Shown in pieces: positions 10,877 to 23,449 of a stretch of DNA of 64,000 nt; position 1 is the stretch's first letter; the number at the start of each line of letters is the position of its first letter. The notes under the pieces were generated by a model. That model did no database searches. It saw nothing but the letters and a program-made list of their open reading frames with translations, and was not told where the DNA came from. The DNA is from Basidiobolus meristosporus CBS 931.73. Lineage: Eukaryota > Fungi > Basidiobolomycota. The position numbers and the translations under genes were made by a program. The stretch lies in contig MCFE01000099.1 of the NCBI GenBank assembly GCA_002104905.1, forward strand, positions 62,001 to 126,000, read 5' to 3'.

Positions 10877-13680
10877 TGTTGGAGATATTACCAGTGATTG
10901 GGAGAACAAGAAGATGATATATTTTGCACTTAATTATCTATTGAGTGCAAAAGTAGTATTTATAATTTTACATGGTCTTGAAATAAAAAGCATGTATAGT
11001 ATACTATGAAGGCCTCAAGAGCATGTGTGCAAAGTTTTGGGCTGTTTGGACAGCTTTGAGAATTTTCATGTTCCAAGTATCTAATGTTTTTGTGAAAATA
11101 TTCCAAGTAAATCTCACTGCAGAATTTGAGCAGTATCCTCCAAGATTTGTAGGTAAAGACTTAAGTGATTAAGTTAGGTGAACAATTAGGTGGAATTCAA
11201 AATCTTTACAACACTCCCACTCAACTAAGTGCTTATACTGACTAGTCCTAACTTTAGCCCATGATATTCAAACATGTCTTTAGCTAATGGCTTGGTAAAT
11301 AAGTCTGTAATCATTTTATCTGTAAGAAAGTAAACTAAGATAACTAAGTTATTCTCTATAGCTTCTTGCATGAAATGCTGTCTAATATCTCTGTACTTGG
11401 TTCTAGCATCAAAAGTTGGATTTCTACCTAATTGTATACATTCTTAGTTATCTTGAAATAAAGCAATAGGGGTTTTTTGGCATAGACCTAAATCTGCAAA
11501 AAGCTTTCTTGATCCTATCGGCTCTTCTGTAGCACTACAGGCTGCCATATACTCTGCCACAGCGGTAGAAAGTGTTACAGTTGGTTGCTTTCTTGAATTT
11601 CATGAAGTTGCTCCTTGACAGTAAAGAATGGTGCATCCTGTATTGAATCTTGTGTCTTCTATTTTTTGTCCCAGCCAGTATCAGGGTATCCCAAAAGATT
11701 TTGTTTTGAATCCTTATAGGTTTTGGTCCTATTCTGAATCCTTATAAGTGTATCTTAAGCAGATATCAGCAGTTCCTTTGGGTATCTAAAAATCTGCTAA
11801 ACTGCTGCAACATGATTAGATCCCTAGTTCTGATTATTCTGGCTAACCACTCCCACTGAATATGAGATATCTGGACAGGTTCCATGCATAGAATACATCA
11901 GAATGTCAATCATGTATTGCCAGGGAAAGTTAGGGCTTTCAGATGGTGCCAAGCTCTCTTGATTTGATAGAGTTTTGACCAAGTAAAGTTTTGTCTCCAT
12001 TGGGGTAGCTGCAGGTTTACAGTCTTCCATTTGGCACTTTTTTAGTTTATCTTGAATATACTTAAGCTGGCTTAGGGCAGTAGTCTTGGTACTCTGTCTA
12101 TGGAGTAATTTATCCCTAAGTAGCAACTGAGTTTTCCTAGATCAGACATCTTGAGCTTCTGCAATAGGCTGCATTTAGTTGCTTCAATGTTTAAAGATTG
12201 TTAGCAACTATACTATGATCATCCATTTAAAGCATCAATAGATTTTGACTTACTCTATCTGGCTTATAGTGTATACTATAGTCAGGATTACTACTTTTGA
12301 AACTAAAAAATTCCAAATAAAAATCCATCTTGCAATTTCAGGCTCTTAGTGATTGTTTGAGTCCATATAGAAATTTTTAAAGCTTGCAGACCACATGGCA
12401 GTTATCTTGGTCTGCAAGCCCATTAGGTTGGTTCATATACATATCTTCATCAAGTTCTTCATTCAATGATGCAGATATTCCATCTATGTTATGTATAAAA
12501 ACTAATATTTAGATGCAATGGTCAATATTAATCAGATGGAATTAAACTTGGCTGCTGTTGCAAAGGTCTCAGTATAGTCAAGTCCGTTTATTTGATAGTA
12601 TCCGTTGACCATAAGTCTTGCTCTGTAGCTTTCAACTGTATCATCAGCCCTGTATTTTGTCTTTAAGACCCATCTGCATCCAATTGATTTTTGGTTGATC
12701 AACACTTTGACCAAGTCCCAAGTCTGATTTTCCATCAGGGCCTGATGCTCCCCAGTCATTACAGATCTCTAAAACTTTTCCAAGGCCTATTTAGGGCCTC
12801 TTTTACAGTCTGGGGCTCAACAATACTGACTAAATAGGCTTAGGCTAAGTTTTACCCCCATTGATATTGTAATTGGGGCTATTTCCTAGTCTGGTTAGAT
12901 CTCCTGATTTGTGATGGTGGAATGATCACTTCCGGGACATTTCTGGGAGCTGATTCAAGCTGAGCAAACAGTTGTAGAGCTCTCTGGAGTGAAAAAGTTC
13001 TCATTGTTTTGCCTTATTCAGTCCTGACCACTGGTGAACTTCAGACCAGATTTATATTATCATCTGATGTTGTTTTTGTATAGATTTTGCATTTTCTTCA
13101 AACAACACATCCCTGGACTTGATCAGCTTCTTTACTTTGGTATTGTAGAGTCTACATGACTTACTATCATTACAGTAGCCCAAAAATATGCATTTTACGT
13201 CCTTTGGCAAATATTTTGTTGGATTTTGGGCAGTTTATTGGCATATGCTGTACACCTAATTATTCTTAGATGTTCTGCACTTGATCTGTATTTATGCCAT
13301 GTGTCAAATAGATTAGAAGCAAAAGTATTCTGTTATAACTCCTATATTAAATTATACAGATTTGTCAGCCATTCTACCCAAAAATTATATCTTAATTTAT
13401 GATCATGGACCATAAATCTTGCCCTATTTGTTGTTGACCTGCTTGTATGTTCTGCTACTCCATTTTGCTCTGGGGGTATGGTACAGTAGTCTCTTGCTTT
13501 ATCCCATGAGTTATGCAGAAGTGAGTGAAGAGTTTTGATGTATATTCTCTAGCATTGTCAGTGCATATTTCCTTGATTTTCACCTGTTTCTCTTGCCACC
13601 ATGGCTTTAAGCTCCATGAGTTAAGACAGAGCTTACTCCATTCTCTCCATGAAGTAGACCTACATATATCTTGAAGGTAC
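10877..13680 (-). mobile_element. copia-A copy 3 (3' LTR ~10877-11213, RNaseH, RT, integrase part)
   Basis: LTR then PPT complement CTCCCACTC; ORFs KPAATPME, WDLVK..IGCRWVLKTKY, KQETTVPYPQ. Confidence 0.9.
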
Positions 13681-15424
13681 CACAAACATGCATGCAAAGT
13701 TTGGGGCTGTTTGGACGGCTTTGAGAATTTTCATGCTCTGGGTACTTGGTATTTTGGTGAAAATTTCCCAAGTGAATCCCAACAAGGAATTTGGTCAGTA
13801 TTCTTCAGGATTTGAAGGTAATGATCTCAGTGACTAAGTAAGGTAAGTATTTGGGTGGAATTCCAAATTTTTACAAGTATGTCTGCAATTATTTCATCTG
13901 AAGAACAGTACAATACGCTAACTAAGTTGTTCTCTATAGCTTCATATATGGAGTGATGTCTAATATCTATGTGCTTGGTTCTAGCATGAAAAGTTGGATT
14001 TCTACCTAATTATATACATCCTTGATTATCTTACAATAAAGTAATAGGGATTTTTTGACATAGGCCTAAAGCTGTAAAAAGCTTTCTTAACCACATTGCA
14101 TCTTTTGCAGCATCACATGCTGCCATGTACTCTGCCGCTGTGATAGAAAGTGCTACAGTTGGTTGCTTTCTTGAGTTCCATGATATTGCTCCTTTACAGC
14201 AAAGAAAGGTGTATCCTATGGTGGATCTTCTGTCTTCCAGATTTTGTCCCCAATCAGCATCAGAGTATCCCACAAGATCCTGTTCTGAATCTTTATAAGT
14301 GTATCTTAAACAGATATCAGCTGTTCCTTTTAGGTATCTAAATATCCACTTAACTACTGCAATATGATCAGATCCATAGTTTGGATTATGTTGGCTGACA
14401 ACTCCCACTGAATATGAGATATCTGGATGTGTTCCAAGCATGATATACATCAGATTGCCATCCATGAACTGATAAGGAAAGTCTGGGCTTTCAGATGGCA
14501 CCAAGCTTTCTTGACTTGGTTGAGTTTTGACCAAGTTAAGGTTTGTTTCCATTGGGGTAACTGCTGGCTTATGGTCTTCCATTTTGTACTTCTTTAGTAT
14601 ATCTTGAATAAACTTGGATTGGCTTAGGCTAGTAGTATGGATACTTCTGTCTATGAAGAACTTAATCCCTAAGTAGTAACTAGACTTGTTCCATCGTACC
14701 GTGCCAGGGCGCGCAGCGCAATCCGCGGTTGCAAAGAACGATTGGGCGCGATATTATAGCTACCAGAAGGCAGGATTGTTCTTGGACAATTTCGCACTAT
14801 GTGGGACGATCTCGCACACTATGGCACAATCTGACACGATGAGGTTGGCGCGGATGATTGCGCCAACTCGTAATGCTTGCATCACGTGCGCAATCAGATA
14901 CCGCTATAATGGCAGGTAAAATCCGGTATTTGGATATGTTTCTTTAATGTCAATGGAAATAAATGTGTATCACACTATAAACTACACTGATACTTACCAT
15001 TTTGGTTACCCTCACTCCAATTGGACGGTATCTCAGTGGTTAATTGGTCCAAAAGTATCCTGAAGCTGGCAGCCCCCAATTGGCTCATTGACTACTGAAA
15101 AAGCTACCTGATTCGCCATCAAATATCCCATTTTGCCCATTGAGCAAGTAAATCCCTGATCCTAGTGATTGGGCAAGGTGTCATAGCTAGCACGCAAGCA
15201 ATTGTGTAGGTGCAAAACAGATCCAATAGCTGCACTGGTATTACAGATGACGTATATATATGCAGGGTGTTTATTTATAGGGGTTCTGTCTCAAATGTGA
15301 GACGACCTTGATATTACTTATATCAAAAATTTGATGATCACTGATTTGCGATGGCTTGATTTGGATCGCAAAAAAAAAGGGTTGTTGGGATCATTACAAA
15401 TGTGAGCAATTCAAAGCGATCACA

Positions 15425-16533
15425 TCATCTTCTCCTGGGTTTTTTTCTCACAGGGATTACTACTGAAGCATTTGGTAGTGACTCACTTTGCACACCTATA
15501 CTACTTCCTGGCTGACTATCATCTTGGCTACTTGTGTATTTGTAGTCAGTATTTTGCCTCCTAGTTGATGAGTACGATGCTGCAGCTTGGCCGTGCTGAA
15601 TTGCTCCAACTAAACCAACTGAACCAACTGAACCGGCCTGTAGTGCCACGCGCTGACGCGTTCTTTTACTTGCCAAGGGCTCCGGTGGTTGAGGCACTTC
15701 ATGTTGGTCATCATCAGTCAGTTCACCAGAAGTAACTTGCTGATGGTCAGGCAAAACGGCACGCGTAGGCACGCCTTGACGCGTTGAGATGGCCCTTGGC
15801 TGAGTTCGATGTGATGCCACATGTTGACGCAACTCGGTCCGCTCCAATGGACTTGTGTCTAAATGAGCAGTTTGGCAAGTTCTGGTAGTTTTGCTCTGAA
15901 GCGCGCGCGTTGACCCAACGCGCGTTGACTTGACGCGGGGTGTTCTGGTAAAAGGTGTTGGCGTGGTCAGGACTGACGTGCGCCGGCGCGCTGTGGTTGC
16001 AAGAGATGGTAGGGAATCCAGCAAGGCGTGCTGGCGCGATCTGGACGATGTTGCTTGCGGTCTGTATTCTTCCTCCTGAAGCTCACCATCTGATTCCTCA
16101 AGGTATTCACTTACCCTCTGTCTGATACTTTGAAGCCGTACTGTACAAATTGCGCACAAAATTGTTCCCGCGCGGCTTCCTCGTCAAATCCCCTCACTCT
16201 CAGCTCATTCTTGATTTCAATACTTGTCTTGTTATATATCTTTTTACATACATCGGCTGGCATCTTGGTGTAGAACTCATGCCACAGCTTTCTACTCAAA
16301 TTCTTCCATCTTTGTTGACTCTCTGAGGTATCTAGTTCTGCTAGATTAATCAGTAGTGCCCAAATATCTGTATGAAGGCTCATCATAGACACTTGGGCCA
16401 TACTAAAATCATTTGGTGAGAACTCAAACGGATCCGACATTGACTTTTCTGGTCCGGACCGCGCTTGTGAGCTGGGGGATGGGTTTTGTCTGGGTTGTAC
16501 TAAAGATGAGTTGAGGCTTGGTATGGGGACCAT
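15425..16533 (-). pseudogene. PHIS accessory ORF2 (possible Myb/SANT-like protein), frameshifted by a ~135-140-bp deletion
   Basis: ORFs 16111-16533 and 15425-16159 in different frames; older copies carry the missing segment; motif SESQQRWKNLSRKLW resembles a Myb/MADF third helix (family call is inference). Confidence 0.65.
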
Positions 16534-16892
16534 AGCAACGGATTTGGATACTTATACAGCAGTATATTGGCATCAACCTGGTCTTATATGAAATATATAT
16601 GAAAACTAAAGTGATTGTTGAATTTTCCATATATTATGCATGATGCATCTCGGATTGCGTTGACACAGATCAGATCACATCAATCGCAGATTTCCTATTT
16701 GATTATAGACCTATGATTAAAGCATCAATAAAAGTACCAAGGCATTGTTTGCGGATGATTTTTGCGACATAATGATGGGATACATGGCAATTGATGGAGA
16801 TTTAACCATAATGTGTTAAAAATCAGATAAATAACGCAGATCGCGCCGAATTGATTCAAACCGCCTTCATACAATCATCCATCAATTTTAAT

Positions 16893-17777
16893 ATGACTTA
16901 CTCATCTGAATGGTCTTTTCTCATCAATCCCATCACTACCACTGGATTTCCTTTTGACACACTGGAGGAGATCTATTCCAAGTACTGTGGACCATCAACC
17001 CCAATCTACTCAAGGAGATCCCTTGTTAAGCTTCTCTGCTATTACAAGAACTATTGCCCTACAAGGTTTCATCCCACCATCCATGGCAACAAAAGTCCTA
17101 GAAGCTTTCATTCCCAGCTGACAGCAATGGAGAACCACCTTGCAGAGGGTATGAATGACTTAGAGCAAGCTTGGAATACTAGGTTCAGAAGCTCCAATAG
17201 ACTTCCATATCCCAGAGTGTTCAGCAACAGGTTCCATATCAGGAGTATTTTAGATACCTTCCCAGTGAGGATTAACAGACCTTCTAGAGGGCAGAGGCAC
17301 TTTTATTCTGGCAAGTACAAGGCACACTGTGTGAAGTTTCAAGCACTGTCTGACATTGAGGGTAACATCATCTGATTTAGTGGGCCATTTGCTGGAAGTA
17401 GGCATGACAAAGCACTCTGGGTAGAGAATCATCCTGAATTCAGTAGAGGGGAGAAATGTATGGCAGACTTGGCCTATATAGGAGAGGATTGTCAGAGATT
17501 AGGATGTATTACAGCTTATAGGAAGCCAAGGAATGGTGTGCTTAGCAGGAAGCAGAAGCTCTACAATGAGATATTTAATCATTTCAGAGTAAGGGTAGAG
17601 CACACATTTGGATATCTGAAGAGATTCAGCATATTGGCAGGTAAATACAGAGGAAAGTCATATATAGGAGAAAACAGCAGAATAGGTAAAATAGTTAAGA
17701 TACTTATCAATGCACAGTATGTTCATACAAGAAGACATCCACTGAGAGAAATGTGTCTGGAGCATTATGAAGAGTAA
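16893..17777 (+). pseudogene. DDE_Tnp_4 (Harbinger-type) transposase with a single premature stop
   Basis: ILDTFP, FYSGKYK, GSRHD, ADLAYIG, RVRVEHTFGYLKRFSIL; TGA at 17373-17375 where the copies at ~43.9 kb and ~47.6 kb have TGG. Confidence 0.92.
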
Positions 17778-18510
17778 ATAAAGCAAGGGAAGCACTATTC
17801 TGAGCAACATAAGTAAGATTGAGTAAAATTACCAGTAACTGTATCATACCACTGGCATCATGGTAGAAATTATAGTGCCAGATAGTGCCGTAGAGTGCCA
17901 GATCAATCCGGCACTATAAACCGGCTGGCGCTATGTGGCACTATCCAACGGAACAAGTCTACTGAGTTCTCCTACATCAGACATCTTGAACTCCTTATGT
18001 AGGTGCGATTTAGTCTCTTCTAATATTTTTGGGTTATTGGTGGCTATAATAAGTTCATCCACATATAGAGCTAGTAGAACTCAATTTGCTCTATCTGGCT
18101 GATAGTATATACTAAAGTCAGTATTACTCCTTTTGAAACTCAAAGATTCCAAATAAGAATTTATCTTGCAATTCCAGGCTCTTTGTGATTGTTTGAGACC
18201 ATATAGTGACTTTTAAGCTTGCAGATCAAATGGGGGTTATCTTGGTCAACAAACCCATCAGGCTGGTCCATATACATGTCATTGTCAAGTTCTTCAGTCA
18301 AAAATGCAGTTTTTACATCCATTTGATGTATAAAAAACTTATAATTGACTGCAATAGCCAATACTAGTATGATTGAATTAAGCTTGGCTACCAGTGCAAA
18401 GGTCTCAGTATAGTCAAGTCCTTTTGCTTGAGAGTATCCTTTAGCCACAAGTCTTGCTTTGTATCTTCAACTTGTACCATCAGCCTTGTATTTTGTCTTG
18501 AAGACCCATC

Positions 18511-19023
18511 TATCATGATCACATGACAACCATGAACACCCATGCCAAGCTTCAGCTTCCTAGCTCAGTTTCTAAGAGATTCTTCTGGAACCTCCTACCA
18601 TCTTCCAGAATGTTCCTGACCATTCCAAACCATTGTTACACAATGGAACATTCCATGGAACCTTCCAATTGTATTTTTCATAGTTCAGTGCCATATATGG
18701 AAATACCAGGTCACATGATCAGGTGACCCAACCCATTTCCCCATCTGGTTTCTGTGCTGTGTCATCTGTGTCATTATCCCCAGCACCATTGCTGTGCCTC
18801 ATCCCACAACCCCATTAGTATTGCCAATATCTCTTGGCATCAGTATAGCCAAAAGTATATATAGTCCTATCTCCCCTTAAGTGTTCCTCAGTCTGATAAA
18901 CACAGGTCTTGAATAAACAGCCTTGCCTTGGAAATCCGCCTTGCCTTGTTGATCCACACCTAAGTCCTTTCCTGGTCCTGCCTTGCCTAGCCCTACTCTC
19001 CTGCCTTGTGTCTATTCATAACA
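18511..19023 (+). repeat. Chromovirus 5' LTR (513 bp)
   Basis: Homologous to 23450-23720; TATATATA at 18856-18863. Confidence 0.9.
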
Positions 19024-19025
19024 GC

Positions 19026-19036
19026 TTTATCAGACT
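19026..19036 (+). other. Self-priming PBS, complementary to LTR positions 18890-18900
   Basis: TTTATCAGACT is the exact reverse complement of AGTCTGATAAA, ~30 nt downstream of the TATA box. Confidence 0.8.
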
Positions 19037-19109
19037 CTCCTGACTTACCTGTGGATCCCTGCCTTCTGCCCAAAGTTTTAAGAAAACTTGTAAAAGGAAT
19101 ACTCACCAT

Positions 19110-19885
19110 TGTGGTGGTGTAGAGGTACTCCTGGGAGAAGCTACACAACTCAAGGTGTGTGAGGTGTCTGATGGGTGCAATAACCTCTGTGTCTAAACTG
19201 CTTGTGCCTTTGTCAATATGTCACTATGGAAAAAGCTCCTGCTTCTCTAGCTTCCTAGGTGTGTCTTGTGCACTACCCTGAAAAGCTCCTTGATGGCAGG
19301 TCTGAGATGTACTGTTGAAGGCAGGTGCAGTGATCAACTGCCAATCAATAAGGTAGAAGTATTACTGATAGAAGGGATGATTTATTGATGAGTGATTGCT
19401 TTCCCTTAAATACTTTTCCTGATTGCCAAGTGATTACTAATGACAAGGTTCCAGAAGATTCTAGGCATCAGTAGAAATCTGATGACATCACTAAGAGCTA
19501 AAAATATGCCAAGAATGTCCTGGAAGGATCTAAAATGCACACCACATCCAAGAAATCAGGAATCAGTAGTCTGAAACCTGTGCAACATAGAAATACCATA
19601 TATGGTATTGAAATGTCAGGGATGGTAACACAGACCTAGGTCATGTGTCACAGGTACTGATGCGGGTACTTGCCTTATGTAGATACATATACTGATCATA
19701 AAGCTGAACAACATCTGGGATAACTAATGCTAATAACTAATCAGGGTAAACATCATATGGGGATAATACTGATAATATGGGCAAAAAAAGAATGGGATAA
19801 TACTGAAAAGATAAAATATGGATAAGTATATTGTAATGACTATATGAATAAACTTGGCTGTGGGAGGTATGTTTACCCTACCACA
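19110..19885 (-). repeat. Solo LTR family D2 (776 bp) in the chromovirus leader
   Basis: TGTGGT...ACCACA ends; flanks CCAT and CTGT, both one step from CCGT; core shared with LTR-D. Confidence 0.85.
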
Positions 19886-20242
19886 CTGTAAGTATCAGCC
19901 ATTGTCTTTCTCTAGTCTTGTCCTATAAAGGCAAAGATACCTTATCTTTGTAAAACTATTGGTCATAGCTGCATTCACTTTATTACCCTGCTGGTGGAGT
20001 TTGCAGTTGTTACAGTTTTGGAAGCTTTAGTACAATACTCTATCAAAGGAAGTCAAAACCAGTACCTTCTGAAGTGACGCTAACTTATTTAAGTTGGGGA
20101 TTGTGGCTCAATAGTTGTATTCTAGACATACTAGAGGCTTTACAAACACACAATCTAGTTAAGTATATTCCAGTATTTCTTGCAAGTTCATCCGCCTTCC
20201 TCTCCTACCAAGTCCAACCTAGAGCTGAACTTTGCCCAGCTC

Positions 20243-20660
20243 ATGGCTGCCTTTACCCAACTGCAGCAAGACCATGAAGACCTTAGAAACACTCTTGCTC
20301 AGTTCCTGAACCAAAGTGTCCAGCAACCTAGCCATGTCCCAGTCTACCAAGAACATAAGTATACTCCTGCTACCATGTTCAATGGCTCTCAGAATGAATT
20401 CTGTGGCCTCATCAACATGGTGAAGAACAATCTTGCACTCCAGCCCAACCAGTACCCCACTGACCAGGCCAAAGTTGGCTTCATCTCCAACCTGCTTACG
20501 GGTACAGCTCTCAAGTGGTTCACCCCATTAGTGGAGACCAACTGTCCCCTACTCAAAGACTACCAAGCCTTTCTCACTGAAATGGAGCTAACATTTGGTA
20601 ACCTTAACCAAGCCAGAACTGCTGCCAACAAGATCAAGACCCTCAAACAAGGAAACAAAT
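20243..20660 (+). pseudogene. gag: Chromovirus gag (Retrotrans_gag/DUF4939-like), C-terminally truncated
   Basis: MFNGSQNEF..YPTDQAKVGFISNLLTGTALKWF..IKTLKQG. Confidence 0.85.
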
Positions 20661-23449
20661 CAGAAGAAGGGTTTTATTCAGCACTCCAAATCACCTGCTG
20701 GAGCCCCAATCCTCTTTGTCAAGAAGAAGGGCGGCACCCTCAGAATGTGCGTGGACTATTGTGCTTTGAATAAGATCACAGTCAAGAACCACTACCCCCT
20801 GCCCCTGATCAACACACTGTTGGATCAGCTATTGGCTGCCCCAGTCTTCACCAAGATCAACTTGAGAGGAGCTTACAATCTTGTCAGAATCAAGCCTGGT
20901 GATGAATAGAAAACTGCCTTTCACACAAGATATAGTCACTTTGAGTACAAAGTAATGCCATTTAGTCTCACCAATGCCCCTGCTGTGTTTCAACACCTCA
21001 TGAATGACATATTCTGTGAGTACCTTGACAAGTTTGTGGTAATCTACCTTGAGAATATTCTCATATACTCCAAGAGCCAAGATGAACATGATGAACATGT
21101 CAAGAAAGTATTGAGAAAACTAGACTATGCCAGTCTCTATGCCAAGCTAGAGAAGTGTGAATTTGACCAGAGAGAAGTGTAATTTCTTGGTTACCTCATC
21201 AGCCCTGAGGGAACAAGAATGGACCCATAGAAAGTTGACTCAGTTCAATCCTGGAAAAGTCCAAGCTCAGTCAAGGAAGTACAATCCTTCCTGGGATTTG
21301 CCAACTTCTATTGCAGGTTCATAGCCAACTACTCCAAGATCATCACCCCTCTGACAAAGCTTACCCAGAAGAACACACCTTTTGCCTGGAATGAGGAGCA
21401 ATCCACCTCATTCAACCAACTCAAGAAATCATTCCTGAAGGCCCCCCTGCTTGTCCACCCTGACCTTGAGAAGCAATTCATAGTGGAGACTGATGCTTCT
21501 GATTTTGCCCTTGGTGCCATACTCTCCCAGTATGATGAAGACAATGTGTTGCACCCCATTGCATTCTACTCTTGGAAGTTTTCCCCTGCAGAGATCAACT
21601 ATAATATCTATGATAAGGAGTTGCTTGCCATCATTGTAGCCTTTGAGCAATAGACACACTACCTGGATGGTGCAAAACACAAAATCAAAGTCTTCTGTGA
21701 CCATAAAAACCTCAAGTACTTTGCAACTTCCAAAGTACTATACCAGAGACAAGCCAGATGGTCACTCTTCCTGTCCAGCTATGACTTTACTATTACCTAT
21801 AGACCTGGTGCAAAGCAAGGAAAGCCTGATGCCCTGTCCAGAAGAAAGTAATACGCCCTGGAAGAGCAAGATGATGCCTGTCAGCAAATGGAACACCCAT
21901 TGCTGAGCAAGAAGCACTTTGAGATTCTTGCCACCCAGTCCTCAAGTCTTGTCATCCCTTCATTCGTAGTAAGGATATCAGAATCCCAAGCCTCTGATAT
22001 AACTTCCAGCACCGTCAAGAAATATCTGGAATCCCTAGTTGGGCCCCCTCCCAAGTTCCCAAACATCCAGAACCTGCATTTGGTAAACAACCTCATCTAC
22101 CACAAGCAGCAGCTTTATGTCCCAGACCTTGCCACCCAGCTAGACATCATTAAATCTTGGCATGATTCAGTGGCTGCAGGCCACTTTGGTACTCCAAAAC
22201 CTTGAATGCTATCAAAAGAGATTTCTGGTGGCCTAGAATGATAACTCTTATCAAAGAGTACATTCTGACTTGTGATATTTGCAACCATGCAAAAACAGCC
22301 AGACACCAGCCCTATGAACTTCTCCAGCCCTTGCCTATCCCAGAACACCAATGGAAATCCATAACTATGGACTTCATTACTGACCTCCGTGAGTCCTGTG
22401 GCTTCAATGCTATACTTATAGTAGCTGACCAGCTGACCAAGATAGCTCACTTTATCCCTTGCTGTAGGAACACTGATGCAAAAGAAACCACTGCATTAGT
22501 CCTGAAGAATATTTTCCACCTTCATGGTATACACAGTGATATTGTATGAGATAGAGGCCCACAGTTTGTGTCCAAGTTTTGGAAACACTTCATGCAATAC
22601 CTTGGTGTTCAAGTCAAACTCTACACTGCCTTCCATCCTCAATCTGATGGCCAGACTGAAATAATCAACCAGATTCTACAGCAATACCTCCGGTGCTATA
22701 TCAATCACCAGCAAGACAATTGGGTTGACCTACTCCCTGTTGCTGAGTTTGCCTACAACAACTCAAGCCGTAGTATAGCCGGTTTTACACCATTCTACCA
22801 AAACTATGGATTCCACCCTCAGTTTGATATCCAGATTCCAACAAACCCAATGAGCCCAGATGTGGCTGAACATGCCCAAGCAATCCAGGACATTCAGAAT
22901 ACCCTCAAGGAAGAGCTATCCTTAGCTCAGGAAAGCTACTAGAAATTTGCCAATCTAAAATGGCGTCCCAGCCCTGATCTTAATGAAGGAGATTCTGTAT
23001 GGTTGCTCAGAAGAAACATCAGCACCAACCACCCTTGTGACAAATTGGATATCAAGAAACTTGGTCCCTTCAAGATGAAGAAGAAGCTTAGCCCTATAGT
23101 ATATCAGCTACAGTTACCAGCAAGTATGAAAATCCATGATACTTTCCACGTGTCCCTCCTGGAGCAATATTGTAGGAACACCTTGCCAAACCAGCAAGAA
23201 GCAACGCCCCAAGCCATCCAGATTGACCAACATCAAGAATTTGAGGTTCAACAGATTCTAGACTCCAAGTATATCTGGTCAAAGCTGTACTACTTAGTAG
23301 ACTGGATTGATTATGGTCCAAGTGACCAAACATGGGAACCAGCTACCCATCTCACTCATTATCAAGAACTAGTTGCCCAGTTCCACCAGCAATATCCTGC
23401 AAAACCTGCCCCAAAGGGAAACAGAGCTTTGCCTGGAAGAGAAGAAAAG
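20661..23449 (+). pseudogene. pol: Chromovirus pol: RT, RNaseH, integrase, chromodomain (~23237-23400)
   Basis: [23 protein letters not shown]; [13 protein letters not shown]; ETDASDFA; WKSITMDFIT; AFHPQSDGQTE; FEVQQILDS..YLVDW..YGPSDQTWEP. Confidence 0.95.

Larger units (their letters stand above)
14682..17960 (+). mobile_element. Full-span PHIS (PIF/Harbinger superfamily, Pangu-like) DNA transposon, 3279 bp
   Basis: TIR AGACTTGTTCC (11 bp perfect, ~24 bp imperfect); TSD ACT (14679-14681 and 17961-17963); removal restores copia RT; two head-to-head ORFs. Confidence 0.93.
13685..18510 (-). mobile_element. copia-A copy 4 (partial LTR ~13685-13878, RNaseH/RT), interrupted by the PHIS element
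   Basis: GYSDADWG..DRRSTIGY..AISWNSRKQPTVALSITAAEYMA; AKGYSQ..DYTETFA..QMDVKTAFL. Confidence 0.9.

Noticed and set aside
17373-17375. TGA read as Trp (alternative code or readthrough), also at 2633-2635
   Set aside because: Sister copies have TGG at these sites and TAA/TAG stops are common elsewhere, so these are ordinary G-to-A mutations
20180-20773. Domesticated PEG10/RTL-like gag gene
   Set aside because: It sits between LTRs in a decayed element, is truncated by a deletion and reads out of frame into RT
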